The notes: generated by a model not told the origin, from the sequence alone. 64,000 nt of DNA from Meyerozyma guilliermondii (GCA_051546255.1 CP128820.1:496001-560000), one strand, 5' to 3'. Shown: positions 38,015 through 50,429, numbered from the stretch's first letter. Numbers and translations: made by a program.

Positions 38015-39476
38015 TTGCCACAACTGTTGAGGGAATTTTCCCCTATTATAATGACAACACGGCTTCAGCCATTTGAAGAAGGGCACAAAACCCTCATGGA
38101 GATAACGCTTGGTACCTTTCGTAAATCTCCAAAAAAAAAATAATGAATGCTAGCACGTGAGCACTTTTTAATTGAGAACAAAGACAATGCTTTTGACACA
38201 GTTCTGTACATCTTTCGATATACGTCGCGTAGTAATGTGCCAGCAAGTTTTGGCAGTAACCAAGTAAGTTCAGAATGTAAGACCCAGTGGCAAATAGGCA
38301 CATCAAAGACTTGTTTGCGTAATGAAAATGCATAGTGCTAATAATAGAATGCGGCTGAAGATCTGACGTGCTCCACTTTTTCGGGGTAAACAAACTACGT
38401 CTCGGTTAGAGCACATGACTGGTCCAGATGGCTCTCCAAGAGAGTCAGTGGAGGACCCGAGAATATCAGACTCCTCTAGCCCGGTCTCGAATGTCGAACA
38501 TTGGGCTTACGGGAAAGTGTGTAAGCAGTTGCGCCACACTTCTGAGAAGCTGGAGAAGCTCATTCATCATTAATAAGAAAAGGGTTCCAGGGGTTCAACA
38601 TCAATAGGAAAGGGTCCCAAAGAGGGGAATCTCCAGCTAAACATCTGCGACAAAAGCATGAAATCGGACATTTTAGCGCCACGCCGAAACAAAAGGCAAG
38701 CTAGCCGCGAGCTCAGGCAGAAAGTACGCGAGTTGTACACGACAAATCATTCATATAGGTTCTTTGAGGCTGTTATGAAGACGTAGTAAAGGCAAATATG
38801 AAGTGCCACAATTCGAGTATCACCGCAAAGTTAAGGGTCAAATACAGGTGACATTACTTGCCGCCTTTTCAGTAATGCGATGGACCATTGGCTCCTAAGA
38901 AAGCTCACTTGGACAAGGAGATTGCCTCTAGAGTCGGTTCAGCTTTTCCGTATCAGGTCAGCTAGTCCGTATTCTGTATTCAACATTTCATAAACGCTTC
39001 TCGTATAAAGGACCACTTCGTGCATAGATTTCGTTGCTAGACTGTTCAGCCTAAGTTGCAAGGAAAACCTCGAAGATTCAGAAACCGCAGAACCCTTTGC
39101 AATCTGTGGCAAAATTATTCAAATCTTTATTCTAGTGTTGTAAGACTCTTCAAATTAACAGTGCTCCGTTAAGCCGAAATCAAACTTCATTGTACAAACT
39201 GAGCCACAAGATAAAAAACGAACCCCATAAAAATGATCAAATTAATTTATATCAAAAGTAATTCCGAATCATAAACGCGACCCTTATAATTTATAGACCA
39301 TAAGCAAACATTTTTTCCACCTGCTTTTCGCACCCACTGCGGCGCAGGACCCCCTATCGATTACTGCATCTGCCATCCCATCTCCGCGCGTATGGATCCA
39401 TCGTCGCCGTTACCCGCGCCCATATACCTGAATTTCTTAGCAACATACAACTCCCAAACCTCACCTACACTCTACT

Positions 39477-42400
39477 ATGCCCAAAGAGTCACGACAGCAA
39501 CGCATCGACCGCTACATACTATCGGCTGACCCCAAGGTGGCCAAAGCCAACGATGTGGACGACAGCACCAAACGGTTCAAATATCTTTTAGGACTTACCG
39601 ACCTTTTTCGCCACTTTATTGATATCAACGCCTCCAAAGATCCCAAATTCAAGAAACTCGTCAAGCAGATCGACTCGCAAATCGAGTTTGAACAGCCTAA
39701 CAAAAAGAAGAAACAGCGGAGACGCAAAACTGAAAAAGAAGAAGACGCCGAATTGTTGGAAGATGAAGAACATATTGACGACGACGAGTCCCATCTGACC
39801 ATCATCACGGAATCCCCGCTGTATATCAAGGACGGAACCTTGCGTGAGTACCAGATCCAGGGGTTGAACTGGCTCATCTCCTTGTACGAAAACCGACTCA
39901 GCGGCATACTCGCCGACGAAATGGGGTTGGGAAAAACTCTTCAAACGATTGCATTTCTCGGGTATCTTCGCTACATCAAAAATATCGACGGCCCCTTCAT
40001 TATAATTGTGCCCAAGTCGACTTTGGACAACTGGAGACGAGAGTTCGCCCGGTGGACCCCAGAAGTCAAGGCGGTGGTTCTACAGGGAAACAAAGACGAC
40101 CGGGCGGAATTCATCAAAAATTGCCTTTTGCAGGCGGATTTCGACGTTTTAATCACCTCGTTTGAAATGGTGATGCGTGAAAAGTCCCAGCTCAAGAAGT
40201 TCAGATGGCAGTATATTGTGGTGGACGAGGCTCATCGAATAAAGAACGAAGACAGTTCGTTGTCGCAAATCATCCGGTTGTTTTACTCGAAAAATAGGCT
40301 CCTCATAACCGGTACTCCCCTCCAAAATAATCTCCACGAACTCTGGGCTTTGCTCAATTTTCTCCTTCCTGATGTTTTCGGCGACTCCGAGGTGTTCGAC
40401 GAATGGTTCGAAAGCCAGGGCTCGAAGGAAGAAGGTAACCAAGACAAAGTTGTCCAGCAGTTGCACAAAGTGTTGAGTCCATTTCTTCTTCGGCGTGTAA
40501 AATCGGACGTGGAAACTTCGTTGCTTCCCAAAATAGAAACCAACGTCTACTGTGGAATGACAGAAATGCAAATTCGATGGTACAAAAAACTCTTGGAAAA
40601 AGACATCGATGCAGTCAATGGCGTTGTAGGTAAAAGAGAAGGTAAAACAAGACTTCTCAATATAGTGATGCAGTTGAGAAAATGTTGCAACCATCCATAT
40701 TTATTCGATGGAGCAGAACCTGGCCCACCATATACTACCGACGAACACTTGGCGTACAATTCTGGCAAAATGATAATATTAGACAAAATGTTGAAAAAGT
40801 TTCGTGAACAAGGCTCTCGTGTGTTAATTTTTTCTCAGATGTCACGTTTACTAGACATTCTCGAGGATTACTGCTACCTACGTGACTACGAATATTGTCG
40901 TATCGACGGCTCCACTGCACATGAAGACAGAATTGAAGCCATTGATCTGTACAATGCTCCCGACCTGGACAAGTTCATTTTTCTATTGACGACCAGAGCC
41001 GGTGGTCTTGGAATCAATTTAACAAGCGCGGACATTGTGATTCTTTACGACTCTGATTGGAATCCCCAAGCTGATTTGCAAGCCATGGACAGAGCCCACA
41101 GAATCGGTCAAAAGAAGCAGGTTCATGTGTATCGATTTGTGACAGAAAATGCAATCGAAGAAAAGGTTTTGGAGAGAGCCGCGCAAAAGCTAAGATTGGA
41201 TCAATTGGTTATCCAACAAGGTCGACAAGTAACCAATGCTAATGCCATAGGGAACTCCAAGGATGATTTGCTCGGTATGATCCAGCATGGTGCCCAGAAA
41301 GTTTTCGAGTCTCAGAGCGGCTCTTCTTTGTTAGACGATGACATCGAAGCGGTCTTACGAAGGGGTGCTGAAAAGACGGCGAATTTGAATGCTAAATTTA
41401 ACACTTTGGGCTTGGATGATTTGCAAAATTTCACTTCGGACTCATCTGCGTACACATGGAATGGCCAGAATTTTGCAAAGAAAGATCATTCTAATGGATT
41501 GGGACTAACCTGGATCAACCCATCCAAGCGAGAAAGAAAAGAACAGACGTATTCTATCGACAGTTACTACAAGGATATGTTGAAAACCACCCAGAAAGGT
41601 AATGGAAAATCTCTCACTAATACCAAAGTCAGAGCTCCAAAAGTCTATAATGTGCAAGATCACCAGTTCTTTCCTGAAGGTTTGAAGGAGTTGTTGGAAA
41701 GAGAGCAGCTTTCTTTCAAGAAGGAAATTGGCTACCGTTTCAGTCTAGACGAATTTGGCGATAGCGATGAAGAGTTTTTAGCAGATGAGTTCAAAAAGGA
41801 TGGGTTGTCACGCGAAGAGAAGCGGAGAATGGAGCAGGAAAAGATTGACAATGTGGTACCACTAACTGAGGAAGAAGTCGAGTTGAAGAATAAATTGTTG
41901 GAGCAGAGCTTTCACAATTGGACCCGTCGTGATTTCACAAACTTTATACATGCTTCAGCGAAGTATGGAAGAACTTCATATGACAAGATCGCACAAACTT
42001 TGGGCAGCAAGACGCCCGAGGATGTCGAGAGATACCTGAAAAAGTTTTGGGAGTCGTATTCGTTAATTGACGGATACGAAAAGTATATTTCGCAGATTGA
42101 AAGCAGTGAAAAGAAGTTTGCAAAATTGCTGAACCAATGGAGATTGCTCAATCTCAAGCTTGACCCGTTGGATGATCCCTTGGAGGACCTCAAAATCCAA
42201 TATCCCCCTAACAACTCCAAGCGAATTTACTCGAAACTTGAAGACCGGTTCATCTTGTACTGTGTTCATAAAATTGGTCTTTTCAGTGAAAACTTGGCGG
42301 ATAGAATCAAGGAAGAAATAGCAAAGAGCGATTTGTTCAAATTTGATTGGTATATCAGATCCCGTACTCCGCAAGAGTTGGGAAGGAGAGTGAACACGCT

Positions 42401-42581
42401 TCTTCTTGCCATAACGAGGGAACTTGAAGGACCGGCAAATTTGAGAAAGAAAGGAAAGCTCAGCAACTCCAATAGTAGTTCGCGAGTCGGCTCGGTAGAA
42501 CCTTCTGGGAATGGAACAGCCAATGGAAACAAACGTTCCAGGGAGGTAACTGCGGGTCCTGACAAGAGAAAAAAGGTTTAA
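39477..42581 (+). CDS. ISW2: ISWI chromatin-remodelling ATPase
   Basis: [55 protein letters not shown]-type C-terminus. Confidence 0.93.
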   Translation: MPKESRQQRIDRYILSADPKVAKANDVDDSTKRFKYLLGLTDLFRHFIDINASKDPKFKKLVKQIDSQIEFEQPNKKKKQRRRKTEKEEDAELLEDEEHIDDDESHLTIITESPLYIKDGTLREYQIQGLNWLISLYENRLSGILADEMGLGKTLQTIAFLGYLRYIKNIDGPFIIIVPKSTLDNWRREFARWTPEVKAVVLQGNKDDRAEFIKNCLLQADFDVLITSFEMVMREKSQLKKFRWQYIVVDEAHRIKNEDSSLSQIIRLFYSKNRLLITGTPLQNNLHELWALLNFLLPDVFGDSEVFDEWFESQGSKEEGNQDKVVQQLHKVLSPFLLRRVKSDVETSLLPKIETNVYCGMTEMQIRWYKKLLEKDIDAVNGVVGKREGKTRLLNIVMQLRKCCNHPYLFDGAEPGPPYTTDEHLAYNSGKMIILDKMLKKFREQGSRVLIFSQMSRLLDILEDYCYLRDYEYCRIDGSTAHEDRIEAIDLYNAPDLDKFIFLLTTRAGGLGINLTSADIVILYDSDWNPQADLQAMDRAHRIGQKKQVHVYRFVTENAIEEKVLERAAQKLRLDQLVIQQGRQVTNANAIGNSKDDLLGMIQHGAQKVFESQSGSSLLDDDIEAVLRRGAEKTANLNAKFNTLGLDDLQNFTSDSSAYTWNGQNFAKKDHSNGLGLTWINPSKRERKEQTYSIDSYYKDMLKTTQKGNGKSLTNTKVRAPKVYNVQDHQFFPEGLKELLEREQLSFKKEIGYRFSLDEFGDSDEEFLADEFKKDGLSREEKRRMEQEKIDNVVPLTEEEVELKNKLLEQSFHNWTRRDFTNFIHASAKYGRTSYDKIAQTLGSKTPEDVERYLKKFWESYSLIDGYEKYISQIESSEKKFAKLLNQWRLLNLKLDPLDDPLEDLKIQYPPNNSKRIYSKLEDRFILYCVHKIGLFSENLADRIKEEIAKSDLFKFDWYIRSRTPQELGRRVNTLLLAITRELEGPANLRKKGKLSNSNSSSRVGSVEPSGNGTANGNKRSREVTAGPDKRKKV

Positions 42582-42603
42582 TTGTCAATGATAATGTATA
42601 TAT

Positions 42604-44874
42604 CTAGAGGTATTGTTTACAAACTTCCTTTTGTACAACCGAAATGTAGTATGGCACCTTGTTAGCAGTCCAGCTTACCGACATGTTATGTTCCATCTCG
42701 TGTTTTTCCACCTGAAGATAATCAAAGACTGTGTCGTCGAAGCTAGCCTTATATCGGGGACTAATGAAATTTCGGAGACTCACGATCTTTGACCCAGGAC
42801 GCAATCCGTATAGTAATTTTCCCACTTTGTAATTGAGTTCTGCGTCAAACAAGTAATTGTTAACTATCAATATGTCACAATCAATGACTGTTCGGCGTAC
42901 CTGTTCATTATCAGCAAAGCTTTGCAGAAGCGCCCATTCAAGATTTAGCTGTTTGAGCCCAAAAACACTCAAGTTTCGTTGCACCATATTGGATTGTTCA
43001 AGTGTAAGTTTGGATGCGTGGGCCATTAGTTCACAACCACCGCTTAAAGCGGCTCCAAATTCAAGTGCAGCTTGAAGAGTAGTATTACCGACTCCAGAAC
43101 CCAAGTCGTAGAATTTGTGATGAGGTTTCATTCCAACTTTGGTGAGCACCTCGCTTGTAAAACACGGAAGCAACTCGCCGTAAACTTCAGCAGTGAAGGC
43201 TTTATAGTAGCGAAGTTTGTTTGAAGATATAGAAACAACTCGTGCGTAAACTCTGGAAAGTATTTGGTGCAATGCGTAACGAGATATCTTTTGGTTCGAA
43301 GCGAGTTGGCAAAAGAAATCTCGCTTGTATCTTGAAATGGAATCACCAGCCAATACACTGCCATTGGAGCCAGGAATGACAGTATGGTCGTTGTCGTTTG
43401 TTTCATTTGTTTGGTTTTTGTCTTGTTTATCGCCTTGGTGTTTTGCAACGAGCTTGGCTATCTCTGTATGGAAAATGTTGATTTTTAGATCGGATTCAGA
43501 AAACTTTTCCTCGATTTTTTTGGTGTACATTCTAATCTCGGGGTTGATGTCGGACCAGAAAGAAGGGTTGGGCGAGAGGTGAAGCACCAACTGGTTCCAC
43601 TTGTCTATGATTGTCACAAATGAAGCCAAGTCATCGTCGTCGACTGCTTCCCGCAATTTCTGGCAATAGTTGGTGACAATTATATTCCTGATTTTTGTAG
43701 ATCCTGAAAAGTACAAACCGTAGTTGACTTGGAAGAATTTGATGATTTCGTCGACGGGGTCAAGCTGGTTACTTTTGGGTTGTGCAAGAACATACTCTTC
43801 GCAGTGCATTGGATATAGCAAGAACCGAATACGGATTCTATTGTTCACATTGGCCACTTCTTGGCCATCGCTATTGGTTATGAAAAGTGTAGGGAACGAA
43901 CTGGGCAAATTCTTGTAATGCTTGGTGTGCTGTGTGATCAAATTGCTTGCAGAGGTATCGACAGAAACACCTAATTTTGGTTCCACGTTTGTCACAAGAG
44001 GTGGAAGAGAAGGAGCGTCTATGTATATGGAATCTGCAAATGCATGTCTGCCGTGGAGTGGAAGAAAGGTATCTTCCAATATATTTTCAGGATCAAATGG
44101 ATTATACTTGTCTCCCGAATCTTTCGACTCTGGAGTCTCGTCTTTCACAGTCGCTTTGGTTCGTCTTCTCTTGGTTCGTGGCTTTTCCTCTTCTATTTTT
44201 TCAGGCTCAGGAGAAACCTGTTTCGTCTTTCTTCGTGGCCGTAATCTCCTTCCGTCCGTAGGCGCTTCGTCTTCAATTTCGCCGTCTGGCTTTTTTCCTG
44301 CGTTGAACTCGCTAGACGTGTACCACTGTGAAATGTACAACAAACGATCAAGGTTATTCTTAAATTTTATACGACGAAGAAACGGATTGAACTCGGTGCT
44401 CAATCTGTCCACCGCAACGTCGTCTCTAAATGGATGTTCCTGGCGGATTTCCTTGAGAGTGTGGTTCGATGTGGCAAGCTTCTCGATGCTCTGGCGCTCT
44501 TCCACCGTTGTGGCTTCGGGATCATATTCTTCCAAAGTATTGAGTATGTTTTGGATTTTTTCACCATCAATAACGTCGATTTTTGTCCGTAAACTGGTCA
44601 TAGAAAGATCCACTTGGACCAAATCCTTGAGAATCGACACCAAGTCTTCCTTGTTTTCGATCGATATCCCGCCATTTGGTTGTTTTTCTTCTGGTAAATC
44701 TTGCAGTGGAGTCACGATTGATTTTATAGACATCACCGAATTCGTGTCTGAAGGAGTTAGCGGTTCTGGAGTTTCCTTATGAATGGTGTGGTGCATATCG
44801 ACATAAGTGTTGATTCCCACGCCGTTGGGAGGATTGGAAAACACCCCACACTCCACACCTTGGATCTGAGCCAT
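42604..44874 (-). CDS. DOT1: Histone H3K79 methyltransferase
   Basis: VYGELLP, FYDLGSGVGN, GCE, VNNYLF, SVSWT. Confidence 0.96.
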   Translation of the reverse strand: MAQIQGVECGVFSNPPNGVGINTYVDMHHTIHKETPEPLTPSDTNSVMSIKSIVTPLQDLPEEKQPNGGISIENKEDLVSILKDLVQVDLSMTSLRTKIDVIDGEKIQNILNTLEEYDPEATTVEERQSIEKLATSNHTLKEIRQEHPFRDDVAVDRLSTEFNPFLRRIKFKNNLDRLLYISQWYTSSEFNAGKKPDGEIEDEAPTDGRRLRPRRKTKQVSPEPEKIEEEKPRTKRRRTKATVKDETPESKDSGDKYNPFDPENILEDTFLPLHGRHAFADSIYIDAPSLPPLVTNVEPKLGVSVDTSASNLITQHTKHYKNLPSSFPTLFITNSDGQEVANVNNRIRIRFLLYPMHCEEYVLAQPKSNQLDPVDEIIKFFQVNYGLYFSGSTKIRNIIVTNYCQKLREAVDDDDLASFVTIIDKWNQLVLHLSPNPSFWSDINPEIRMYTKKIEEKFSESDLKINIFHTEIAKLVAKHQGDKQDKNQTNETNDNDHTVIPGSNGSVLAGDSISRYKRDFFCQLASNQKISRYALHQILSRVYARVVSISSNKLRYYKAFTAEVYGELLPCFTSEVLTKVGMKPHHKFYDLGSGVGNTTLQAALEFGAALSGGCELMAHASKLTLEQSNMVQRNLSVFGLKQLNLEWALLQSFADNEQVRRTVIDCDILIVNNYLFDAELNYKVGKLLYGLRPGSKIVSLRNFISPRYKASFDDTVFDYLQVEKHEMEHNMSVSWTANKVPYYISVVQKEVCKQYL

Positions 44875-44975
44875 GTATCAAGTGTTGATAATTCGCGCGT
44901 ATTTCAGCGCTTCAGCCTGCCTCGCAGGAAGGAATGAATATATTCGCATTCTACCTAGTTGAAGTAGCTAAAAAC

Positions 44976-47588
44976 TTACAACTTGCTCGCCCGCAAGCCA
45001 TTGAGTCGAAACTTCAAGTCCTTCAATAATTTTGTTTCTGGTTTCCACAGCTCGAACAATTCATACAATTCATTGATTTCATCGTAGCCATTTTTCCCCA
45101 CATCCCTTCCATTATCAACCAGTAGAAGCTTATTGTTATTTGGCCAGTTCTTCTCAATGTTGAAGAGAAGTCCCCTGAGGCACCACGGGAGTATAAATGG
45201 GTTGGTGCCCACCTTACTAACGTTGTACTCTTTGATGTAAACCTGGTTCGTAAACGGCAATTTGTGCACTTCGTCCGCACTTGCGGCTGCATCCAAAGAG
45301 TCATAGCCACCCACACCTTTCACCAATGAGCCCTCCGACAAGCCCTCGTGATTCGAATTGGCCAGTTCGGCTATCATATGAGAAGAAGACGTTGGAGGAA
45401 TTACAATGTCATCGGTGTCGAGAGCAAATTTGATGCCCAAATCGTACACTTTTCCATCATTGTAGATCTTGGAATGACCGCCGCCCGTCAAGGGTCCCGC
45501 AAGAATCGGACTGAGCTCCTTGAGTACATTATTGTCAAAAAAACCAATGTTCAGAAGGTGACAACAAAGCGACACCAATTTCGAGATGAACGGAGGAGTC
45601 AGCGATGCATGGTCAATGTAACAAGCACGGTAGATGTTGGGGTGAAACACATGCGACGCAACAGCAGAGTACATGGGCACAAGCTGATCATTGATGGAGC
45701 CAATAAATGTCAACTTGACATTGGCATTGATGATAATTTGCATCGATTCTTTATACGCCAACGACTGCTCACTGGTGAACTTTGTCAATTCAAAGAGCTC
45801 CATGAGCGAGTCGTGCTCGATAGCCGAGTATGCTTTCATGAAGAAAGATTTGTCCACCCCATAAAACGGACCGTTGTTGATGCCTGCCATTCCCAAAAGA
45901 CCAATGCGCTTTTTGATGGCATCTTTCAAGATTCCCAACTTGATGAGACGAGCAAGAAGGATGATCGAAACCACACAGCCTTGCGAGTGTGAGGCAACAA
46001 AGATGAAGTCGGCATCGTTGATTTCTCGCTGCCATTGGGTCAAAATGTCAGTGAAAAACTGGACTCGGTCGAATATCTTTCCCTCCTTTTCAAGGGCGAT
46101 TTTTTGAATCGAAATGCTATTTGTTTCGTCATCCGAGATCATGTTGTTTTCCATACAGTAACGGATCATTGCCTTTTCGGCTTCATTTGCAAACTTGAGA
46201 GACGTTCCCTTGGGTGCACCAATAATTGGTCTGATCATTCTGGTGGGAAAAAAACCATGGATTCCTATTATAAGAATCTTCTTGATTTTGCGTAGCGGAC
46301 CTGCTTTCTGGGTAACGATATTAGACTGAAATGTTCCGCTTTTTTGGTCGCTATTAGGCTTGTGGTTAATCAAGAGATTCCCCATAGGATCATTGCTGAT
46401 GGTGACTCCCTGCTCTGGATTGTACAGGTAATTGTGCTGCTCCAGATCCTGGGTGTGGCCGTCGGCCGTGTAGTACTTGTTGTAGTTGGGAAGGCACGCT
46501 CTCTTTCTATTTGGCAATTTTGCAAGGCTGCGGCCGTAAAGTCTATAGGTTTTTTCATACAAGAGATTGACTTCTCGCTCAACCTGGTCGGATTCGCTGA
46601 TTTCTGCGTGTGCACCTCCTTCGGCAGAGTCTTCACTTTCCACGCCATCTTCTCTGTCGGCACTTCCAACTACTCCCACGAGAGACTGAGAGCTGAAACC
46701 AAGTCTGTTCAGAAGCTGGTTCAATACTTGGCGCCAACTCCGAAGGTCTAGTTTTTGATTTTGTTGCTGGTTCTGGTTTGCAGTAGAAGCAGAACCGAAA
46801 AGTGACAGTGCAATCCCGGTGGTGGAACTCAGAGACGAATTTTGCAGCGGAAGACACAGATTCCAGTTTGGAACGATAAGGTTCTCGCGGAGGTTTTCGT
46901 TCTTGTGAGTGTTGATCTTGTTGAACTGCAGCGCCAGGTCATGAGGTTTATAGAGCACAGCGTCGTCCACTTCACCGTCCTGTTGTTTCTGGTCGTTCGC
47001 CAAAAGATCCTGCTTTGTAGGAAGCGAAGCCGTCGTAAGAAGAGTATTTGAAACATCACGCTTTTTGTCCTTCTCTTTATCGGTTTTCTCGTCCTTGTTT
47101 TCTCTTTCCCTGTTGTCCTTTTGGTCCTGGGAACTCTCGACTGTGTTCTGGTTGCTCCAGAAACTCCAGCCTCGTTTCTTCTTCACTGCTCTTTCATCAA
47201 CCTCGTTACTGTAATCCTCCTCCTCTTCCTCTTCTTCATAGTCTCCTTCTTCGTCGTCCATATCCTCATTTTCGTAGTCTTGGACTTCGTCGTTGCCGTT
47301 TGATGTGTCGTCATGGTCGTCCTCGGTCTTCATTTTCAACCTTCCTCCCCATAACCAGCTACGAGATGGAATCTCCAAATTCTTTGCTTTTGGCGGTTGC
47401 ATGGCACTCGAACCAGCGGAAAAGTGTCTTTTTCTATTGCCATTAGTGGATTTTTGTGGTGATAACAGAAGAGAACGAGGTGGTGTATTTTGGTTCAGTC
47501 GACTTTTTATTGGTTCTGGTTCTTGTAGAGTGGTTGTAGGAGGTTCTTGAGTAGAGTTCCACAAGGGAAGCCAGGTATTGGGTGCCAT
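44976..47588 (-). CDS. YML020W-like protein with alpha/beta-hydrolase-like domain
   Basis: IGIHGFFP, GTSLKFA, ASHSQG, MAGINNGP, DQLVP, GHS. Confidence 0.85.
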   Translation of the reverse strand: MAPNTWLPLWNSTQEPPTTTLQEPEPIKSRLNQNTPPRSLLLSPQKSTNGNRKRHFSAGSSAMQPPKAKNLEIPSRSWLWGGRLKMKTEDDHDDTSNGNDEVQDYENEDMDDEEGDYEEEEEEEDYSNEVDERAVKKKRGWSFWSNQNTVESSQDQKDNRERENKDEKTDKEKDKKRDVSNTLLTTASLPTKQDLLANDQKQQDGEVDDAVLYKPHDLALQFNKINTHKNENLRENLIVPNWNLCLPLQNSSLSSTTGIALSLFGSASTANQNQQQNQKLDLRSWRQVLNQLLNRLGFSSQSLVGVVGSADREDGVESEDSAEGGAHAEISESDQVEREVNLLYEKTYRLYGRSLAKLPNRKRACLPNYNKYYTADGHTQDLEQHNYLYNPEQGVTISNDPMGNLLINHKPNSDQKSGTFQSNIVTQKAGPLRKIKKILIIGIHGFFPTRMIRPIIGAPKGTSLKFANEAEKAMIRYCMENNMISDDETNSISIQKIALEKEGKIFDRVQFFTDILTQWQREINDADFIFVASHSQGCVVSIILLARLIKLGILKDAIKKRIGLLGMAGINNGPFYGVDKSFFMKAYSAIEHDSLMELFELTKFTSEQSLAYKESMQIIINANVKLTFIGSINDQLVPMYSAVASHVFHPNIYRACYIDHASLTPPFISKLVSLCCHLLNIGFFDNNVLKELSPILAGPLTGGGHSKIYNDGKVYDLGIKFALDTDDIVIPPTSSSHMIAELANSNHEGLSEGSLVKGVGGYDSLDAAASADEVHKLPFTNQVYIKEYNVSKVGTNPFILPWCLRGLLFNIEKNWPNNNKLLLVDNGRDVGKNGYDEINELYELFELWKPETKLLKDLKFRLNGLRASKL

Positions 47589-48130
47589 GGAGTGTGAAAG
47601 TGGTAGGGTGTAGTGTAACTGGAAAAGAAGAGTGCGGAGATTACATATGATTTTCGCGGAGAGATAGCAAGAGCAGTGCGAGAAAGCGAAGAAAAAGCGA
47701 ATTCAGAATATAGGAGGAGATATGAAAAAAGAGTATAAGAGTAGGTTGATACTTGAAATTAACGGAAGTTGCTCATTCACCATTGGTTCTTGATCCTGTA
47801 ATTCAATTCGATCACATATTTTTTTCGGCTGCAAATTGAATACATGCAACCTTGCTCTTATTTCACTTTATACTACAAACTCATAGATTTCATATTCTCT
47901 CACCCATGTCTACCGTACTTTCCCATACTTATCTTTGCATGAATTTAGATCTGCTCATCTCCTCATTCTCTATCATATTTTCACTTCCTACTACAACGAA
48001 TATCTACTAGTCTTTTCTCACTTCTATCTTCAACTTTCTATACTCATAATTGTCTTTGCTCATATTCCTTTTCTCATATCTCTTCTCATTTTTCTTATCA
48101 TCTCTTTTGTCTATCTCTTCTCATATCTGT

Positions 48131-49090
48131 CTAATCCATCCCGAGACCAACTATGCCTCCGCACACTACAACCACCACAATATCGTCCTTGGTCAAGTTT
48201 CCTAAATCTTTGAGAAACACCTTGCTGTCGAGCACAGCAGTCAATGCTGCTCCACAAGAAGCTTCTACCTTTTTCCCAAACAATTTGTGGTACTTTTCCG
48301 CAGCCGATTTGGCTTCCGAGTCGTCCACCATTTTAACCACAGTTTTTCCCTCTCTATAATTTTCAAGGGACTGTTGAGACAAGTATGGAGATGCCAACGA
48401 CGTGGTTGTGGTCTTAATAGTGGGCAAATTCACCACTTTTCCTTCCTCAACTGCACTGGAAAATGTGGGGGTCTGGAACGTCTCAATTGCAAGAACAGAA
48501 GTTTCGTCCATTTTATTACGTTTCAAGCCTTCTACAACTCCATTGTAAAGACCACCACCGCCAACACTGCACACAACTCCTTTTATGGCTTTGGCATCAT
48601 TGGGACGCAATTGACTTTTGATTTCGTCAACCAAAGTAGCATGGCCATCCCAGATCACAGGATTGTCAAATGGGTGTACATAGACGGTCTGGACATCGCT
48701 TGGTGCACTTTTCATGATTACATTCCGCAAATGGTCGTCAGCAATGCCCCAATGCTCTCCAAACATGATTACCGTGGCCCCCAATTTTTCAAGATTTCCA
48801 ACAACAGCCAGCGACCACTTTGGAAGAACAACCGTGCACGGAACGCCGAGTTCTCTGCTGGCATACGCTGCTGCTAGCCCGGCGTTGCCTCCGGAAGACG
48901 AATAAACGTGAACTTTAGTTTTTCCGGGCTCTTTTTGGGCCAACTGTTTGCTGATAAGATGGCCGATTCCTCTCAATTTGAAGCTTCCCGAAGGCTGTTC
49001 AAGCTCGTTTTTAAAGAAGACTCGACATGGTGTGTCGTCCAATTGGTCGGTCACTTCCACGAGAGTTGTGGTAACAGATACTCGGGCCAT
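48131..49090 (-). CDS. CHA1: PLP-dependent L-serine/L-threonine dehydratase
   Basis: QPSGSFKLRG, SSGGNAG, HPFDNP, SVGGGGL, VCGG. Confidence 0.92.
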   Translation of the reverse strand: MARVSVTTTLVEVTDQLDDTPCRVFFKNELEQPSGSFKLRGIGHLISKQLAQKEPGKTKVHVYSSSGGNAGLAAAYASRELGVPCTVVLPKWSLAVVGNLEKLGATVIMFGEHWGIADDHLRNVIMKSAPSDVQTVYVHPFDNPVIWDGHATLVDEIKSQLRPNDAKAIKGVVCSVGGGGLYNGVVEGLKRNKMDETSVLAIETFQTPTFSSAVEEGKVVNLPTIKTTTTSLASPYLSQQSLENYREGKTVVKMVDDSEAKSAAEKYHKLFGKKVEASCGAALTAVLDSKVFLKDLGNLTKDDIVVVVVCGGIVGLGMD

Positions 49091-49171
49091 GGTACACCAG
49101 GTTCAATAGAAAATCAATTTCAATTCATTTTTTCGCGATAATCAAATTTCAGTGCGAAACTACCCCACAAG

Positions 49172-49837
49172 ATGGCTCGACGAGACGGTAAATCACAGCA
49201 GTTTCCCAAGGTTCGTGAAGATATCGAGGACGAAATCCTCGAAGCGTACGCTGAGCATACGGATGGAGACGACTTCCACCTCAAAACTCTCCCAAATTTT
49301 TTTCATGAGCTCAGCATTCCAAGTTGCTATTTCACCGATATTTCAGAATGCATTGAATACTACTATTCCCACATTGATGGTCGAGGAATCGACGTAGGGA
49401 ACACCAACGAGTGGATCACGTACCAAATGCTCATTGCGTATACGTTGACCATATCCTCAAATCCAGACCAGCTACTCGATGTGGTAGACATCGATAAACT
49501 CATACGAAACACAAGCACTCTTATCAAGTTCCGTAACAACCATTCGCACATTCTAGCCAGCTGGAAACTATTTGTAGAAGTTGGAGCTCCTGGCTCAAAT
49601 CCTGAAACTTTTCGGTTGACTCTTCCTCATCTTCAGGCTATCAAAGAACATATGAACTTGGACCTGGGGCTGCATGGACCTCTTGGAGACTCGTTCTTGA
49701 TCAGTATGTTGAGCTGCTGCTCTACAAAAGAAGACGGGAGCCCCACAAGCTTTTACTTGGACAAACCCAAATCTGGCACCAGTATAACCATTCGAGACTT
49801 CGCCGAGATCCTCGGAAACTTGGGAGAGTTCGACTAG
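49172..49837 (+). CDS. RAD33: Nucleotide excision repair factor Rad33
   Basis: IEDEILEAYAE, LPNFF, DVVDIDKLIR, MLSC, DFAEILGNLG; close to ERV25 and MRPL39 as in S. cerevisiae. Confidence 0.82.
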   Translation: MARRDGKSQQFPKVREDIEDEILEAYAEHTDGDDFHLKTLPNFFHELSIPSCYFTDISECIEYYYSHIDGRGIDVGNTNEWITYQMLIAYTLTISSNPDQLLDVVDIDKLIRNTSTLIKFRNNHSHILASWKLFVEVGAPGSNPETFRLTLPHLQAIKEHMNLDLGLHGPLGDSFLISMLSCCSTKEDGSPTSFYLDKPKSGTSITIRDFAEILGNLGEFD

Positions 49838-49845
49838 CAATAAAC

Positions 49846-50429
49846 TCATGCATATGGATTGGACCGTATTTCCACCCTTTTTATCCATGGTTCCTCCTTC
49901 CAGTGTCCTTTAATCTTACCATTCTTTTTCAAGTTCTCACTGTCTAGTCCAGCGCTCGCTTCCACTTTGTCTAGTGCCTCAAGACTTCCCGTAATTTTTC
50001 CAATGGGTGTGTATTGGTTTCTGTCACCCAATACCTTTTCGTATTTGTCGGATAGAACTATAAAGAATTGTGAGCCCACAATATGCTCTTTATGGTTGAT
50101 AGCCATGATCGTACCTCGTTCAATACTTATAGTTTGCGATTTCCAATTGCTCTTTTTGGGCCCAGTAAAAGCATTCTTAGGGTCAGCAGGCTCGGATACT
50201 CGGCCTGTATTTGTAGAATCTCCACATTGAAGAATAAATTGGGGAATGTACCGAACTATACAGTTTGCGTTATAGTTACCAGAACCACAATGACGAAGAA
50301 AGTTTTCGACATGGTTTGATTGCTGTGTATCCTCGAGTGAAAGAGCTATATCTAGGTCGCCCGTAGCAGTATAAAACTGGGTTAGTTATTGAGTTTGAGT
50401 TGTTTGCAGCTACTTACAGTCACGCTCAT
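49846..50429 (-). CDS. Divergent PPIL3/Cyp10-like cyclophilin, 180 aa, two exons (50429-50418 and 50376-49846)
   Basis: Spliced product MSVT-FYTATGDL...ENFLRHC...VRYIPQFILQCGD...GSQFFI...YTPIGKI...SNPYA. Confidence 0.85.
50377..50417 (-). other. 41-nt spliceosomal intron
   Basis: GTAAGT donor at 50417, AACTAAC branch point 50387-50381, CAG acceptor ending 50377; removal restores the frame. Confidence 0.85.

Noticed and set aside
38094..39476. 1.4-kb MNN2-ISW2 intergene as a possible ncRNA locus
   Set aside because: No recognisable snRNA, snoRNA or tRNA signature; explained as divergent promoters.
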